From positions 18,592 through 82,591 of the IMG/VR virus record IMGVR_UViG_3300036832_000548: a stretch of DNA of 64,000 nt; one strand, written 5' to 3'. Numbering within the stretch: the first letter of the stretch is position 1; each line of letters starts with the position of its first letter. The notes under the pieces were generated by a model. That model searched no databases, was not told the origin of the DNA, and saw only the letters and a list, made by a program, of their open reading frames with translations. The DNA comes from a virus. Position numbers and translations under genes: made by a program. Shown piece after piece: positions 48,428 to 56,359 of the stretch.

Positions 48428-49045
48428 CTATTCGGATGCAGTATTTTTGTCCGTTTTGAGTGGGATCATCGGCGGATCGATATTCTCAAGCGCTTCAGCA
48501 ACAAGCCGGTCGCTCAGGTTCATCCGCGCCGTCAGATCCTTGATCGTATCGGTGACTTGCGTGCCGATCTTCGATGACATCTCGACCTCACGGAACGCCT
48601 CCGCGCCTTTCTGCCGAATGAGCCGCGCGGTATCGATGACTGTCTTGAGCACGGTTTGCGCTTGGTCGTGATACTCGCGGCCCATCTGCTCCAGTGTTTG
48701 CGCGCATTGTTCGTAGCCGATCACGACGGCATGCGCGGCGATGGCGGCACTGCGGGACACGTCAGGCGCGTGCGTAACGTAGTCAGGCAGCGGCCCCAGC
48801 ACCTTAGTGGCATTGTCCTGCCGCTGCTCAGGCGGCGCGTAATCGGCTGGGACCGGGACGTGTGGATCATCGAAGGTTGGACCTTTGATCCGCTCAGTCA
48901 CCATTCTTGGCGCGCGCTTTCCTGCCGCATTGACCTCAGCTTCAAGCGCCGCAGCAACGGCGGCAAACCCTTTCTCTTCCGGCGCTGCGTTCGGCAACAG
49001 TGCTTTCAAAGGGCTCTTCCCACGCACCACTGATGTGTCAGTCAT
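48428..49045 (-). CDS. Hypothetical protein
   Basis: AGGAG RBS; coiled-coil C-terminus. Confidence 0.65.
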   Translation of the reverse strand: MTDTSVVRGKSPLKALLPNAAPEEKGFAAVAAALEAEVNAAGKRAPRMVTERIKGPTFDDPHVPVPADYAPPEQRQDNATKVLGPLPDYVTHAPDVSRSAAIAAHAVVIGYEQCAQTLEQMGREYHDQAQTVLKTVIDTARLIRQKGAEAFREVEMSSKIGTQVTDTIKDLTARMNLSDRLVAEALENIDPPMIPLKTDKNTASE

Positions 49046-49222
49046 TTCGATCTCACTCCTTTGGTTGATCTTTGCAGGTTCCGAGGCGTATCAAGCGACC
49101 CTACCCACCACAGGTCGTCGCGCCGATTGGCTTCCGCCCACACAACGGCATCGTGTTCGCTCTGGAACGGCCCCAGATAGCTGAACCCGTCCTGCGGATT
49201 GCCGATGATAATGATGCAGATC

Positions 49223-50344
49223 TTAGGAACGCCCATCGGTTCCCTCAGGATGCGCTTGCTGCTCGTCCCAGCCTGCGCGCCACTCAAGGGCTTCGCGCGC
49301 CCGTGTTGGATCTCGATACTCGATCGGGGTTGCTTTGCGCTGCATGCCCTTGGCTTGGTCAGCGCGACCGCGTTCGCGCGCAATCACCAGCAAATCTGGG
49401 GCGGTCGCCTGTTGGGGTTCTACTTTCGTTTCGGATTTTGCAGCCGTTTGCTGCGGTTCCTGATTCGTTTCCGTGTTCGAATCATCGGAGTGCTGCTCGC
49501 TTGGCGGCGATTCCGGTTCTGTCAAGTGGTCGACGATGGTTCGGTCAGCGTGGGCTTGGTCGTGCGCTTCCTGCACGGTGTCTGCTGGTGGACCGGCGAA
49601 ATGATCGAGCGTCGCGCCGCGGGCGGTCTCACTGCGAGCGCGGGACTGGGCGGTCGTCTCGCCCTCTTCATCTTCGTACATCTCCTCATCTTTGCGGATC
49701 AGATCATCGAGGTCAGACGACATGGGCAGAAGCCGCGACAGGACCCGGATCGCGGTCTTCATCTCCATTTCTTCCGTCCACATTTTCCAAGGCGCGTCCT
49801 CGCGCGAGGCGCGGCTCATGTTGCGGCGCTTGGCAATCTCACTAGGCGATAGTGGCGCGATAAAAACCCCGCCGTCCTTGGTCCCGGCTGCGGCGTAGAC
49901 AAGACGCTTCTTCTTGTCGGTGTGATCGTCGCCCGGAATATGTTTGAAATGCGGGCCGTTCTCGTCAGTCCAGTGTTCCCAATGGTCGCCATCGTAAACG
50001 ATATCCGTCGTCACCCATTTAAATTGCCCGCTATTGCGGAATTTTTTGAGCAGGCCTTGGTACATCGGCAGGTATTGGACCTTGTTCTTAAATGGCACCA
50101 ACGCGGCCTCGCGACCGTCAGGCAGCAAACCGTCCTGGGCACAACGCAGTGCGGAGTTGAACAGCGAGCCGCGGTCACAGGTGAGCAGGTCGTTATTGAG
50201 CTGCACGGCGGTCAGCACAACGCGGAAGAACCGTTCGGCTGGCATGTGCTTCGGGAGCGCATGTTGAAATTGCACACTGCGATCGTTGAGTTGATCGCGC
50301 AGGACCACCATCGGGTGCGCGGGTTTGTTGGCTTGATCGTTCAT
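49223..50344 (-). CDS. recT: RecT-family single-strand annealing protein
   Basis: ALPKHM..ERF.RV..SL..CAQDGLLPDGREAALVPF..MYQGLLK..PW...EEM..KT.IR.L. Confidence 0.92.
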   Translation of the reverse strand: MNDQANKPAHPMVVLRDQLNDRSVQFQHALPKHMPAERFFRVVLTAVQLNNDLLTCDRGSLFNSALRCAQDGLLPDGREAALVPFKNKVQYLPMYQGLLKKFRNSGQFKWVTTDIVYDGDHWEHWTDENGPHFKHIPGDDHTDKKKRLVYAAAGTKDGGVFIAPLSPSEIAKRRNMSRASREDAPWKMWTEEMEMKTAIRVLSRLLPMSSDLDDLIRKDEEMYEDEEGETTAQSRARSETARGATLDHFAGPPADTVQEAHDQAHADRTIVDHLTEPESPPSEQHSDDSNTETNQEPQQTAAKSETKVEPQQATAPDLLVIARERGRADQAKGMQRKATPIEYRDPTRAREALEWRAGWDEQQAHPEGTDGRS

Positions 50345-50368
50345 TCGTTTTTCTCCTTTTGATTAGGT

Positions 50369-51038
50369 GCCGCCGAGGGCAGTCGAGCGTCGGGCATCAA
50401 GGCCTCGCAGGCCCTCGGCGGCGATCTCGGCACCGATTTCCTGGGCATCATAGGACGTTTGGCCGAGATTTCTTTTTGGTGCCGCCGAGGGCAACTTGAA
50501 CTTGGGCATCATGGGTGACATGGCCCTCGGCGGCTTGCTCGGCGTGCAGTTTTTGGGAACCCACTAATTTCTGGCCAAGCAATTTCTTGGAGTTGGTGCC
50601 GCCGCGGGCAACCCGAAGGGGGGGATCATTCGGGGCATGGCCCGCAGCGGCGGTCTCGGCAGGGGATGCATGGGCATCACGAAGTTCGTGGCCGAGATTT
50701 TTGCGCTTGCGTTTTTTGGGGCCGCCGACGGCGCTTGCGATTTGGGGATCAACCGAGCAATGGCCATCGGCAGCGACCTCGGCACCCATGCCATGGGCAT
50801 CAAGAACTACATGGCCGAGATCATTGGTGCCGCCGAGGGCAGAGGAATCCTGGGCATCATGCGCTGCTTGGCCATCGGCGGCGATCTCGGCAAAGCGTCG
50901 CTGGGCATCATGGATCCGTTGGCCGAGACCATTCGAATAGATGCCGCCGGCATGGCTCCTCTGGGCATCAGCCGCATGCTGGCCGACGGCGATCTCGGCA
51001 GCGCCATTTTGGGCATCATTGCTCATGTGGCCGAGATC
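50369..51038 (-). ncRNA. TIGR-like stem-loop array A (6 doublets, 12 dual-spacer units)
   Basis: Repeated GATCTCGGC-CA-N9-TGATGCCCA-N9-T-GCCGAGATC / GCCGCCGAGGGC-CA-N9-TGATGCCCA-N9-T-GCCCTCGGCGGC with unique spacers. Confidence 0.88.
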
Positions 51039-51974
51039 ATTCGTGGCTTGATCGACCCACTGTTCCCACAGGTCCACCAAGAATTGTTTGAAGGCGATCC
51101 GCAATCCGTCCTGGCGGCGATGACCGGGCGTCCATTCGGGATGCGATATCTCAGTGCGTATTCGGCGCGCGGCATAGACCTCGCCATAGCGTCCGTTGGG
51201 ATGACCTTCATCGGCCCCGGCCTTCGCTGCCGATATCCACTGCTTGTTCACGAGCCACAAGGCGATCGTGTACATCGTGGCGTATCGCTCACCCGAAAAC
51301 GGATTCGCGATCCATTCCTCCTTATCCAACTTACGCGGCCGCCACGTTTCCCGTTTCCAAGTCGATCCGGCGTGGCCATCATACGGTGCAAAGCCGAGAC
51401 GCTTCCAAAGCTTCTCCGGGTTCGCGTAGTTATCGAGCGGGCCCGCCTCCGCAACGATCAGGGCAAGGCCGAGGATGCCCGCGCCGGGGATCGACTCAAC
51501 CCACGGTGCAACGGGCAACTGCGCCGCGAGTTCCTCTATTCCAGCCGTTGAGTCGTCTCGCACTTCATCCATTGGCCCACGCGCGATGTCAGTCTTCTGC
51601 ACAATCGTGAGCAGATCGTGGGGCAAGTCCGTTTGAACAATCTCGCCGCTGCCGTTGGCGGCCTTCTTGTACACCGCGCGCGCCTCCTTGATCATCGCGG
51701 CAACCTTCTTGTTGTATTCCGCGCGAATGGCTTCCGACTCAGTCGGCTTCCAATCTGTAAAGTTGCGCCGGATATAGGACTCAAGAGCGCGGTCGATCTT
51801 TTGTTGAACTTTGATCGCGAACTTGCGCCGTCGCGCCAGCGTCACGATGTTCTTCACCAGCTCGTCGCGAGCACGAATTTGCAGCACCAGCGAAGGCAAG
51901 CCAATGGCGGAATTGCGCGCATCAATCAAAGCTTGAGCGCGGCGAGTGCGGTCGGCATTTGTTTGCTGTGTCAT
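50448..51974 (-). CDS. tasA: IS110/Nop-domain RNA-binding protein without nuclease domain (TasA-like); C-terminal about 195 aa read through array A
   Basis: Coiled coil, then LPVAPWVESIPGAGILGLALIVAEAG..YANPEKLWKRLGFAP..YGEVY..GHRRQDGLRIAFKQFLVDLW; no N-terminal DEDD/RuvC; AAGGGA RBS. Confidence 0.8.
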   Translation of the reverse strand: MTQQTNADRTRRAQALIDARNSAIGLPSLVLQIRARDELVKNIVTLARRRKFAIKVQQKIDRALESYIRRNFTDWKPTESEAIRAEYNKKVAAMIKEARAVYKKAANGSGEIVQTDLPHDLLTIVQKTDIARGPMDEVRDDSTAGIEELAAQLPVAPWVESIPGAGILGLALIVAEAGPLDNYANPEKLWKRLGFAPYDGHAGSTWKRETWRPRKLDKEEWIANPFSGERYATMYTIALWLVNKQWISAAKAGADEGHPNGRYGEVYAARRIRTEISHPEWTPGHRRQDGLRIAFKQFLVDLWEQWVDQATNDLGHMSNDAQNGAAEIAVGQHAADAQRSHAGGIYSNGLGQRIHDAQRRFAEIAADGQAAHDAQDSSALGGTNDLGHVVLDAHGMGAEVAADGHCSVDPQIASAVGGPKKRKRKNLGHELRDAHASPAETAAAGHAPNDPPLRVARGGTNSKKLLGQKLVGSQKLHAEQAAEGHVTHDAQVQVALGGTKKKSRPNVL

Positions 51975-51998
51975 ATTGTGTGTCCCTTGTTGTTAGGT

Positions 51999-52100
51999 GC
52001 CGCCGAGGACATTCGACGTATGGGTATCACCCGAGCAACGGCCCTCGGCGGCGATCTCGGCGATCATACAATGGGCATCACTGGGGCTGTAGCCGAGATC
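51999..52100 (-). ncRNA. TIGR-like array B (1 doublet)
   Basis: Same repeat architecture, intergenic upstream of tas. Confidence 0.85.
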
Positions 52101-52102
52101 AT

Positions 52103-52795
52103 TTAGTGTCCTTCGATATACTTTTGCAGGCTCGCCACCGTCGCAACGACTGCGGTGTTCAACGCAGCCGGGGCTTGCTCGCGAGCTTCCCGATCAAACT
52201 GCTCGAGCACATTTGCTGGGACGATATCGCGGACCCGCGCATCCGTATTTGGCACGCGCGCGTAGCTGCGGATCTTGCACATGAGCAGCGTGTCGGCAGT
52301 CTCCTGCAGTGTGCTCAACACGGTCGAACCGACGACCGCAATGCGCTCCTCAATCGCGGCGTCCAGCTCCCGCCAGTGCAGGTCGCCAACCGGCGCGCCG
52401 TTGATCCTGCGGCGGTCATAGATGAGGCCAACGCTGCGCATCATCGCGGTTCGGTTGATCGCCTTGTCGCGGGCTGTGGGTGATTTGGTGCCGCCGCTGG
52501 CGTTTCTGCTTTGGGCATCAAGTCCACGCTGGCCAGCGGCAGCGGTCTTGGCACGCAGCGTGTGGGCATCAGCATGTACGCGGCCAAGATCATTCGAAAT
52601 GCGTTTGAGATAATCCAGCGCGAGCCCGCCGAGTAATTCCGGGCGGCGTTGAATTTTCTTGACGAAGCCGGTCAAGACTTTCGTCGGGTCGTTTTTGTTG
52701 TCATTCAACAAATTGACGGCAGCGACCCGCAGCTCGTTAGCGACGGTGTCGAGGCCGGCTTTCTTCAGAGCAGCTCCGATAGATGTGTCAGTCAT
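52103..52795 (-). CDS. Hypothetical helical protein containing an in-frame guide doublet
   Basis: GGAG RBS before ATG 52795; open across array C. Confidence 0.7.
   Translation of the reverse strand: MTDTSIGAALKKAGLDTVANELRVAAVNLLNDNKNDPTKVLTGFVKKIQRRPELLGGLALDYLKRISNDLGRVHADAHTLRAKTAAAGQRGLDAQSRNASGGTKSPTARDKAINRTAMMRSVGLIYDRRRINGAPVGDLHWRELDAAIEERIAVVGSTVLSTLQETADTLLMCKIRSYARVPNTDARVRDIVPANVLEQFDREAREQAPAALNTAVVATVASLQKYIEGH
52490..52591 (-). ncRNA. TIGR-like array C (1 intragenic doublet)
   Basis: Same architecture with compensatory stem changes. Confidence 0.8.
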
Positions 52796-52818
52796 TTTGT
52801 GTTCTCCGTTCAAAAGGT

Positions 52819-53033
52819 GCCGCTGAGGGCACCAGTCCCGTAGGCATCAACAAACAGATGGCCCGCAGCGGCGATCTCGGCAAAACTTGGTTGGGCATCA
52901 TGGATGCGATAGCCGAGATCATTTGTGTGGGTGCCGCCGAGGGCATTGCGTCGTTGGGCATCAGGCGTTCCTGGGCCCCCGGCGGCGGTCTCGGCACCGA
53001 TCCTCTGGGCATCAACGCGCGGATGGCCGAGAT
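52819..53033 (-). ncRNA. TIGR-like array D (2 doublets)
   Basis: Same repeat architecture. Confidence 0.87.
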
Positions 53034-53038
53034 TTGTG

Positions 53039-53734
53039 TCATATCGTTACCCTGAAGATTTCGCTGAATGGCGGGCGGTGCGCCGCGTCAGATAGCTCGT
53101 TGCTGACGACTAGCACGCGATATCGAAAGCCGCGGCTTTGATTGATTACGCTGGTTCGCGCGAGATAGTTTTTCTGGAGCTGTTGCAGCCAAAAACTGGC
53201 GTGTTGCAGTTCCCCGTAAATCTTCTGCCGTCGGGCTGCATGATTGATCCGACGAAGAACGGACCCCTCATTGAACACAACGATGAAATCGCTGGCTGCA
53301 ACGTCGCGCGCCACGATCCGCATCGCGCCAACGCCATGCCCGGTGTAGCCGCAGGGATCTGATAGCCATAGGACGTAATCGTACCCACCGGCGCGTACGA
53401 CATCGACGACATCGGAATGCGTCTCGGCAATGAGGGCACTCGGAAACCGTTTGCGCAGCAAAAGCCGTTGCCTCCGACTCGCATCGCACAGGCAAACGTC
53501 CGCGCTCACGGCGAAGGCGATGTTGGTGACAATCTGCGGCGTTGGCGTCGACACAACGCCGTCATGCAAAACGCCGATACCATCACCAGCATTGGCATCG
53601 ATCAAAAGAAGTTTGTCGTGCAGATGAGCGGTCCTGACTTGCGCTTCAACGATCTTGCTCAACAACGAGTGTTTGATCCACGACCCCTCGCTGCGGCCCG
53701 CATTAGCGCGTTCGTTGGTCGAGGCGTGGGTCAT
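53039..53734 (-). CDS. SAM-dependent methyltransferase-fold protein (TcmP/GMT-like)
   Basis: SWIKHSLL..LIDANAGDG..LSDPCG, similar to the KH/IDxxAGxG/DPxG motifs of TcmP-like proteins. Confidence 0.55.
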   Translation of the reverse strand: MTHASTNERANAGRSEGSWIKHSLLSKIVEAQVRTAHLHDKLLLIDANAGDGIGVLHDGVVSTPTPQIVTNIAFAVSADVCLCDASRRQRLLLRKRFPSALIAETHSDVVDVVRAGGYDYVLWLSDPCGYTGHGVGAMRIVARDVAASDFIVVFNEGSVLRRINHAARRQKIYGELQHASFWLQQLQKNYLARTSVINQSRGFRYRVLVVSNELSDAAHRPPFSEIFRVTI

Positions 53735-53743
53735 CGTGTAGGT

Positions 53744-54406
53744 GCCGCCGCAGGCAGAGGCCGAGTGGGCATCATCGTCGTTGTGGCCCGCGGCGGCGAT
53801 CTCGGCGTTCCGCGTTTGGGCATCAAGCGATCGTTGGCCGAGAATTGTTGAAAGGCTGCCGCCGAGGGCATGACGATTTTGGGCATCAACGAACGACTGG
53901 CCATCGGCGGCGATCTCGGCAAGCGCCTTCTGGGCATCATCTGGCCTGTGGCCGAGATCATTCGAATGGGGGCCGCCGAGGGCAAGCACAGGATGGGCAT
54001 CACGGGTCGCGTGGCCCCCGACGGCGATCTCGGCACCCGAGTCATGGGCATCAAGTGGTCATGGGCCGAGATTATAGGTGCCGCCGAGGGCAACGATCCA
54101 TTGGGCATCACGCTGGCAACGGCCCTCGGCGGCGATCTCGGCATTCCATCATTGGACAGCAAGTCGTCGTTGGCCGAGAAGATTTTAGGTGCCGCCGAGG
54201 GCGCACCTCCCATGGGCATCAAGGACGGCGTGGCCCGCGGCGGCGATCTCGGCAACGGGTGGCTGGGCATCAGCCGTCTACTGGCCGAGATCATTCTGAT
54301 AGATGCCGCCGAGGGCATGAGCTGCTTGGGCATCAGCCAGCTTCTGGTCCTCGACGGCGATCTCGGCAGAGCTCGTATGGGCATCACTGGTGGATTGGCC
54401 GAGATC
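53744..54406 (-). ncRNA. TIGR-like array E (6 doublets, 12 units)
   Basis: Same repeat architecture; starts at the stop codon of the YqaJ gene. Confidence 0.9.
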
Positions 54407-55325
54407 ATTTGGTTGCTTCTTTACGTTCGTGAATTCGGAGAACGCGGACCTCGCGTGGGAGGACCGTATAGCCGGAAAAATTCGAGGTTTTGTAGGTGAC
54501 TTTCCATCCGTTAACGCCGGAGACTTGGGCCGCGTCACCCAATTTGTATTTTATCTGAGCCTCGATCTCGTCTTTGCGTTGGTCGAGCGAAGCGATCCGT
54601 TGCATCAGGGCGGCGCGTTCCGCGAGGATTTCCGGCAGCTCGTTGTCGCCAGACATGTCGACCATCTTATCGGTGGCTTCGCGTGGACTGATCAACTTGA
54701 TCAGCTCAGCATCCTTGCCGAAATCGGGCGCCGGCTCGTGACCGATCCGCATTAGCTCCCAAAAATTCTGGGCGGCTGTCTTGATCCGCTCCTCGGCACC
54801 GGCGTGGCGTGGCAATTCCCTGATGCAGACATCGAGATCATAGTTGTAAACCACGGCGGCCACCCCGAAGGCGGCGTCGGCCAGCAGCATCTCGGTGAGC
54901 AGCTGCAGCTCGATCCACAATGGGGTGATATTTCCGTTGTCCCAATCGCGCTCAAAGATGTGCGGATAGGCGGTTTTAGTTTGCAGGATGCCGAGGCCGC
55001 GCGGATCGCCGTGGATAAAGAAATCTGGCGTAGCGCCCAACTGCAGCTCAGGGGCACGGAAATATGTCTGGCATTTCTCAATGATCCAATCGTCGTGTTC
55101 CTCTCCGACACGCTGGGCAACGACGTTTTCGAGCAGGCGCCCGCGGCGGATCGGTTTCGTTTCCTCGAATTCGAACTCCATCCCATTGTGCTGATAGTAA
55201 AGCTTGAGCGCGGTGACATACGGGTGCAGGCCGAACAGCGCCGCCACCACGGAGGCGGTGATGTCCGGCTTGCGCAGCTCCAGCCACTGCGGGCGACTCA
55301 GGATTGGGATGCGTTCGACGATCAT
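54405..55325 (-). CDS. YqaJ/lambda-exonuclease family protein
   Basis: WLELRKPDITAS..RGRLLE..GATPDF..LQTKT..QL. Confidence 0.9.
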   Translation of the reverse strand: MIVERIPILSRPQWLELRKPDITASVVAALFGLHPYVTALKLYYQHNGMEFEFEETKPIRRGRLLENVVAQRVGEEHDDWIIEKCQTYFRAPELQLGATPDFFIHGDPRGLGILQTKTAYPHIFERDWDNGNITPLWIELQLLTEMLLADAAFGVAAVVYNYDLDVCIRELPRHAGAEERIKTAAQNFWELMRIGHEPAPDFGKDAELIKLISPREATDKMVDMSGDNELPEILAERAALMQRIASLDQRKDEIEAQIKYKLGDAAQVSGVNGWKVTYKTSNFSGYTVLPREVRVLRIHERKEATK

Positions 55326-55372
55326 GGGTGTTCCGAATCGAATAGGGCAATCTTGCCTCTGAGCCGCGCGGC

Positions 55373-55389
55373 GTCAACAAGGAGTTGAC
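55373..55389. promoter_or_regulatory. Palindromic operator-like site in the divergent early control region
   Basis: GTCAAC-AAGGA-GTTGAC; contains TTGAC -35-like hexamers on both strands; another TTGACA at about 55432. Confidence 0.5.
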
Positions 55390-55493
55390 TCTTTCCCCGC
55401 TGTCCTTTCTCCGGGGGTGGCAACCCTAGTTTGACAACGTTAGGGCTACTCGGTTAATTTTTTCTTGCTTGGTAACCCTTGGTCGATATTCAC

Positions 55494-55763
55494 ATGGCAA
55501 AAGAGAGACTTGACGCAGCCATTCTGGCGCTGCGGGAAGAGAATTGGCTACCTAGAATCGCGCAGCGACTCAATTTGACCCGGCAGGCGACCTCGAAATG
55601 GCGCCGCGTTCCGGCAGATCGTGTGCGCGAGGTCGCCAAGATCACGGATTATCCCCTGGCATTTTTACGTCCTGATCTTTACGAGGACATGCCATCCAAG
55701 CCGCCCAAGCTGGCGAAGCCGAAAGCTCGCCGCCGCAATCATCGTGCTGTTGCGCATGCTTGA
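55494..55763 (+). CDS. Cro/YdaS-like HTH regulator
   Basis: IAQRLNLTRQATSKWRRVPADRV..LRPDLY. Confidence 0.85.
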   Translation: MAKERLDAAILALREENWLPRIAQRLNLTRQATSKWRRVPADRVREVAKITDYPLAFLRPDLYEDMPSKPPKLAKPKARRRNHRAVAHA

Positions 55764-56359
55764 GGGGTATTATGGGCCAGCCATTCGACGGTCTTCCGCG
55801 CGCCCATTTCCGCGCAATCCTGGCTGACCCGCCGTGGAACTTTGAGACCTATAGCGAGGCTGGTCGCGATCGTTCTCCCAATTATCCGCTGATGACGGCG
55901 CAGGGCTTGCGCGATCTGCCGGTCAAAGACCTCGCGGCGCCTGATTGCGTGCTGTTCATGTGGGTTACATGGCCAATGCTCGAGCAATCGCTGGCGCTGA
56001 TTCGCGCGTGGGGGTTCACCTACAAGACGTGCGGGTTTGACTGGATGAAGGCGCACGCGGGCCAGATCGATATGTTCCGCGACGACGCGGATGGCCAGGT
56101 TGGGCTTGGCTACTGGACGCGCAGCAACAGCGAGCCGTGCCTGTTGGCAACGCGCGGCAAGCCCAGACGGGTCAACGCTGATGTCCGCATGGGCATCATC
56201 GAGCCGCGGCGCGAGCACAGCCGCAAGCCTTATTGCATCTATGACCGCATCGAGCGGCTCGTCCAAGGACCATATATTGAATTATTTGCTCGCTGGCAGC
56301 GTCCGGGCTGGACCGCTTGGGGCAATGAGACTGACCGATTCAAGGAGGCTGCGGAGTGA
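55760..56359 (+). CDS. MT-A70 family adenine methyltransferase
   Basis: ILADPPW; LFMWVT; AWGFTYKT; GLGYWTRSNSEPCL; REHSRKP; IELFAR. Confidence 0.92.
   Translation: MRGIMGQPFDGLPRAHFRAILADPPWNFETYSEAGRDRSPNYPLMTAQGLRDLPVKDLAAPDCVLFMWVTWPMLEQSLALIRAWGFTYKTCGFDWMKAHAGQIDMFRDDADGQVGLGYWTRSNSEPCLLATRGKPRRVNADVRMGIIEPRREHSRKPYCIYDRIERLVQGPYIELFARWQRPGWTAWGNETDRFKEAAE

Noticed and set aside
51895-51945. Possible degenerate guide unit in the 5' end of tas (CA-N9-TGATGCGCG)
   Set aside because: The loop is degenerate and no enclosing stem is found; cannot be distinguished from chance
50448-51974. Active IS110 transposase or insertion sequence
   Set aside because: No N-terminal DEDD/RuvC domain and no IS-like ends; the multi-guide context fits a Tas-like protein better
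50369-54406. CRISPR array
   Set aside because: Variable segments are only 9 nt, paired around a fixed 9-nt loop and enclosed by stems; no cas genes are present
50515-54499. Plus-strand ORFs across the arrays (for example 50637-51551, 53845-54432, 53870-54499)
   Set aside because: They are antisense shadows of GC-rich 3n repeats within a minus-strand operon, with no RBS or domain support
56180-56216. TGGGCATCA loop motif inside the MT-A70 gene
   Set aside because: Lacks the flanking CCA/TG positions and stems; chance match in coding sequence
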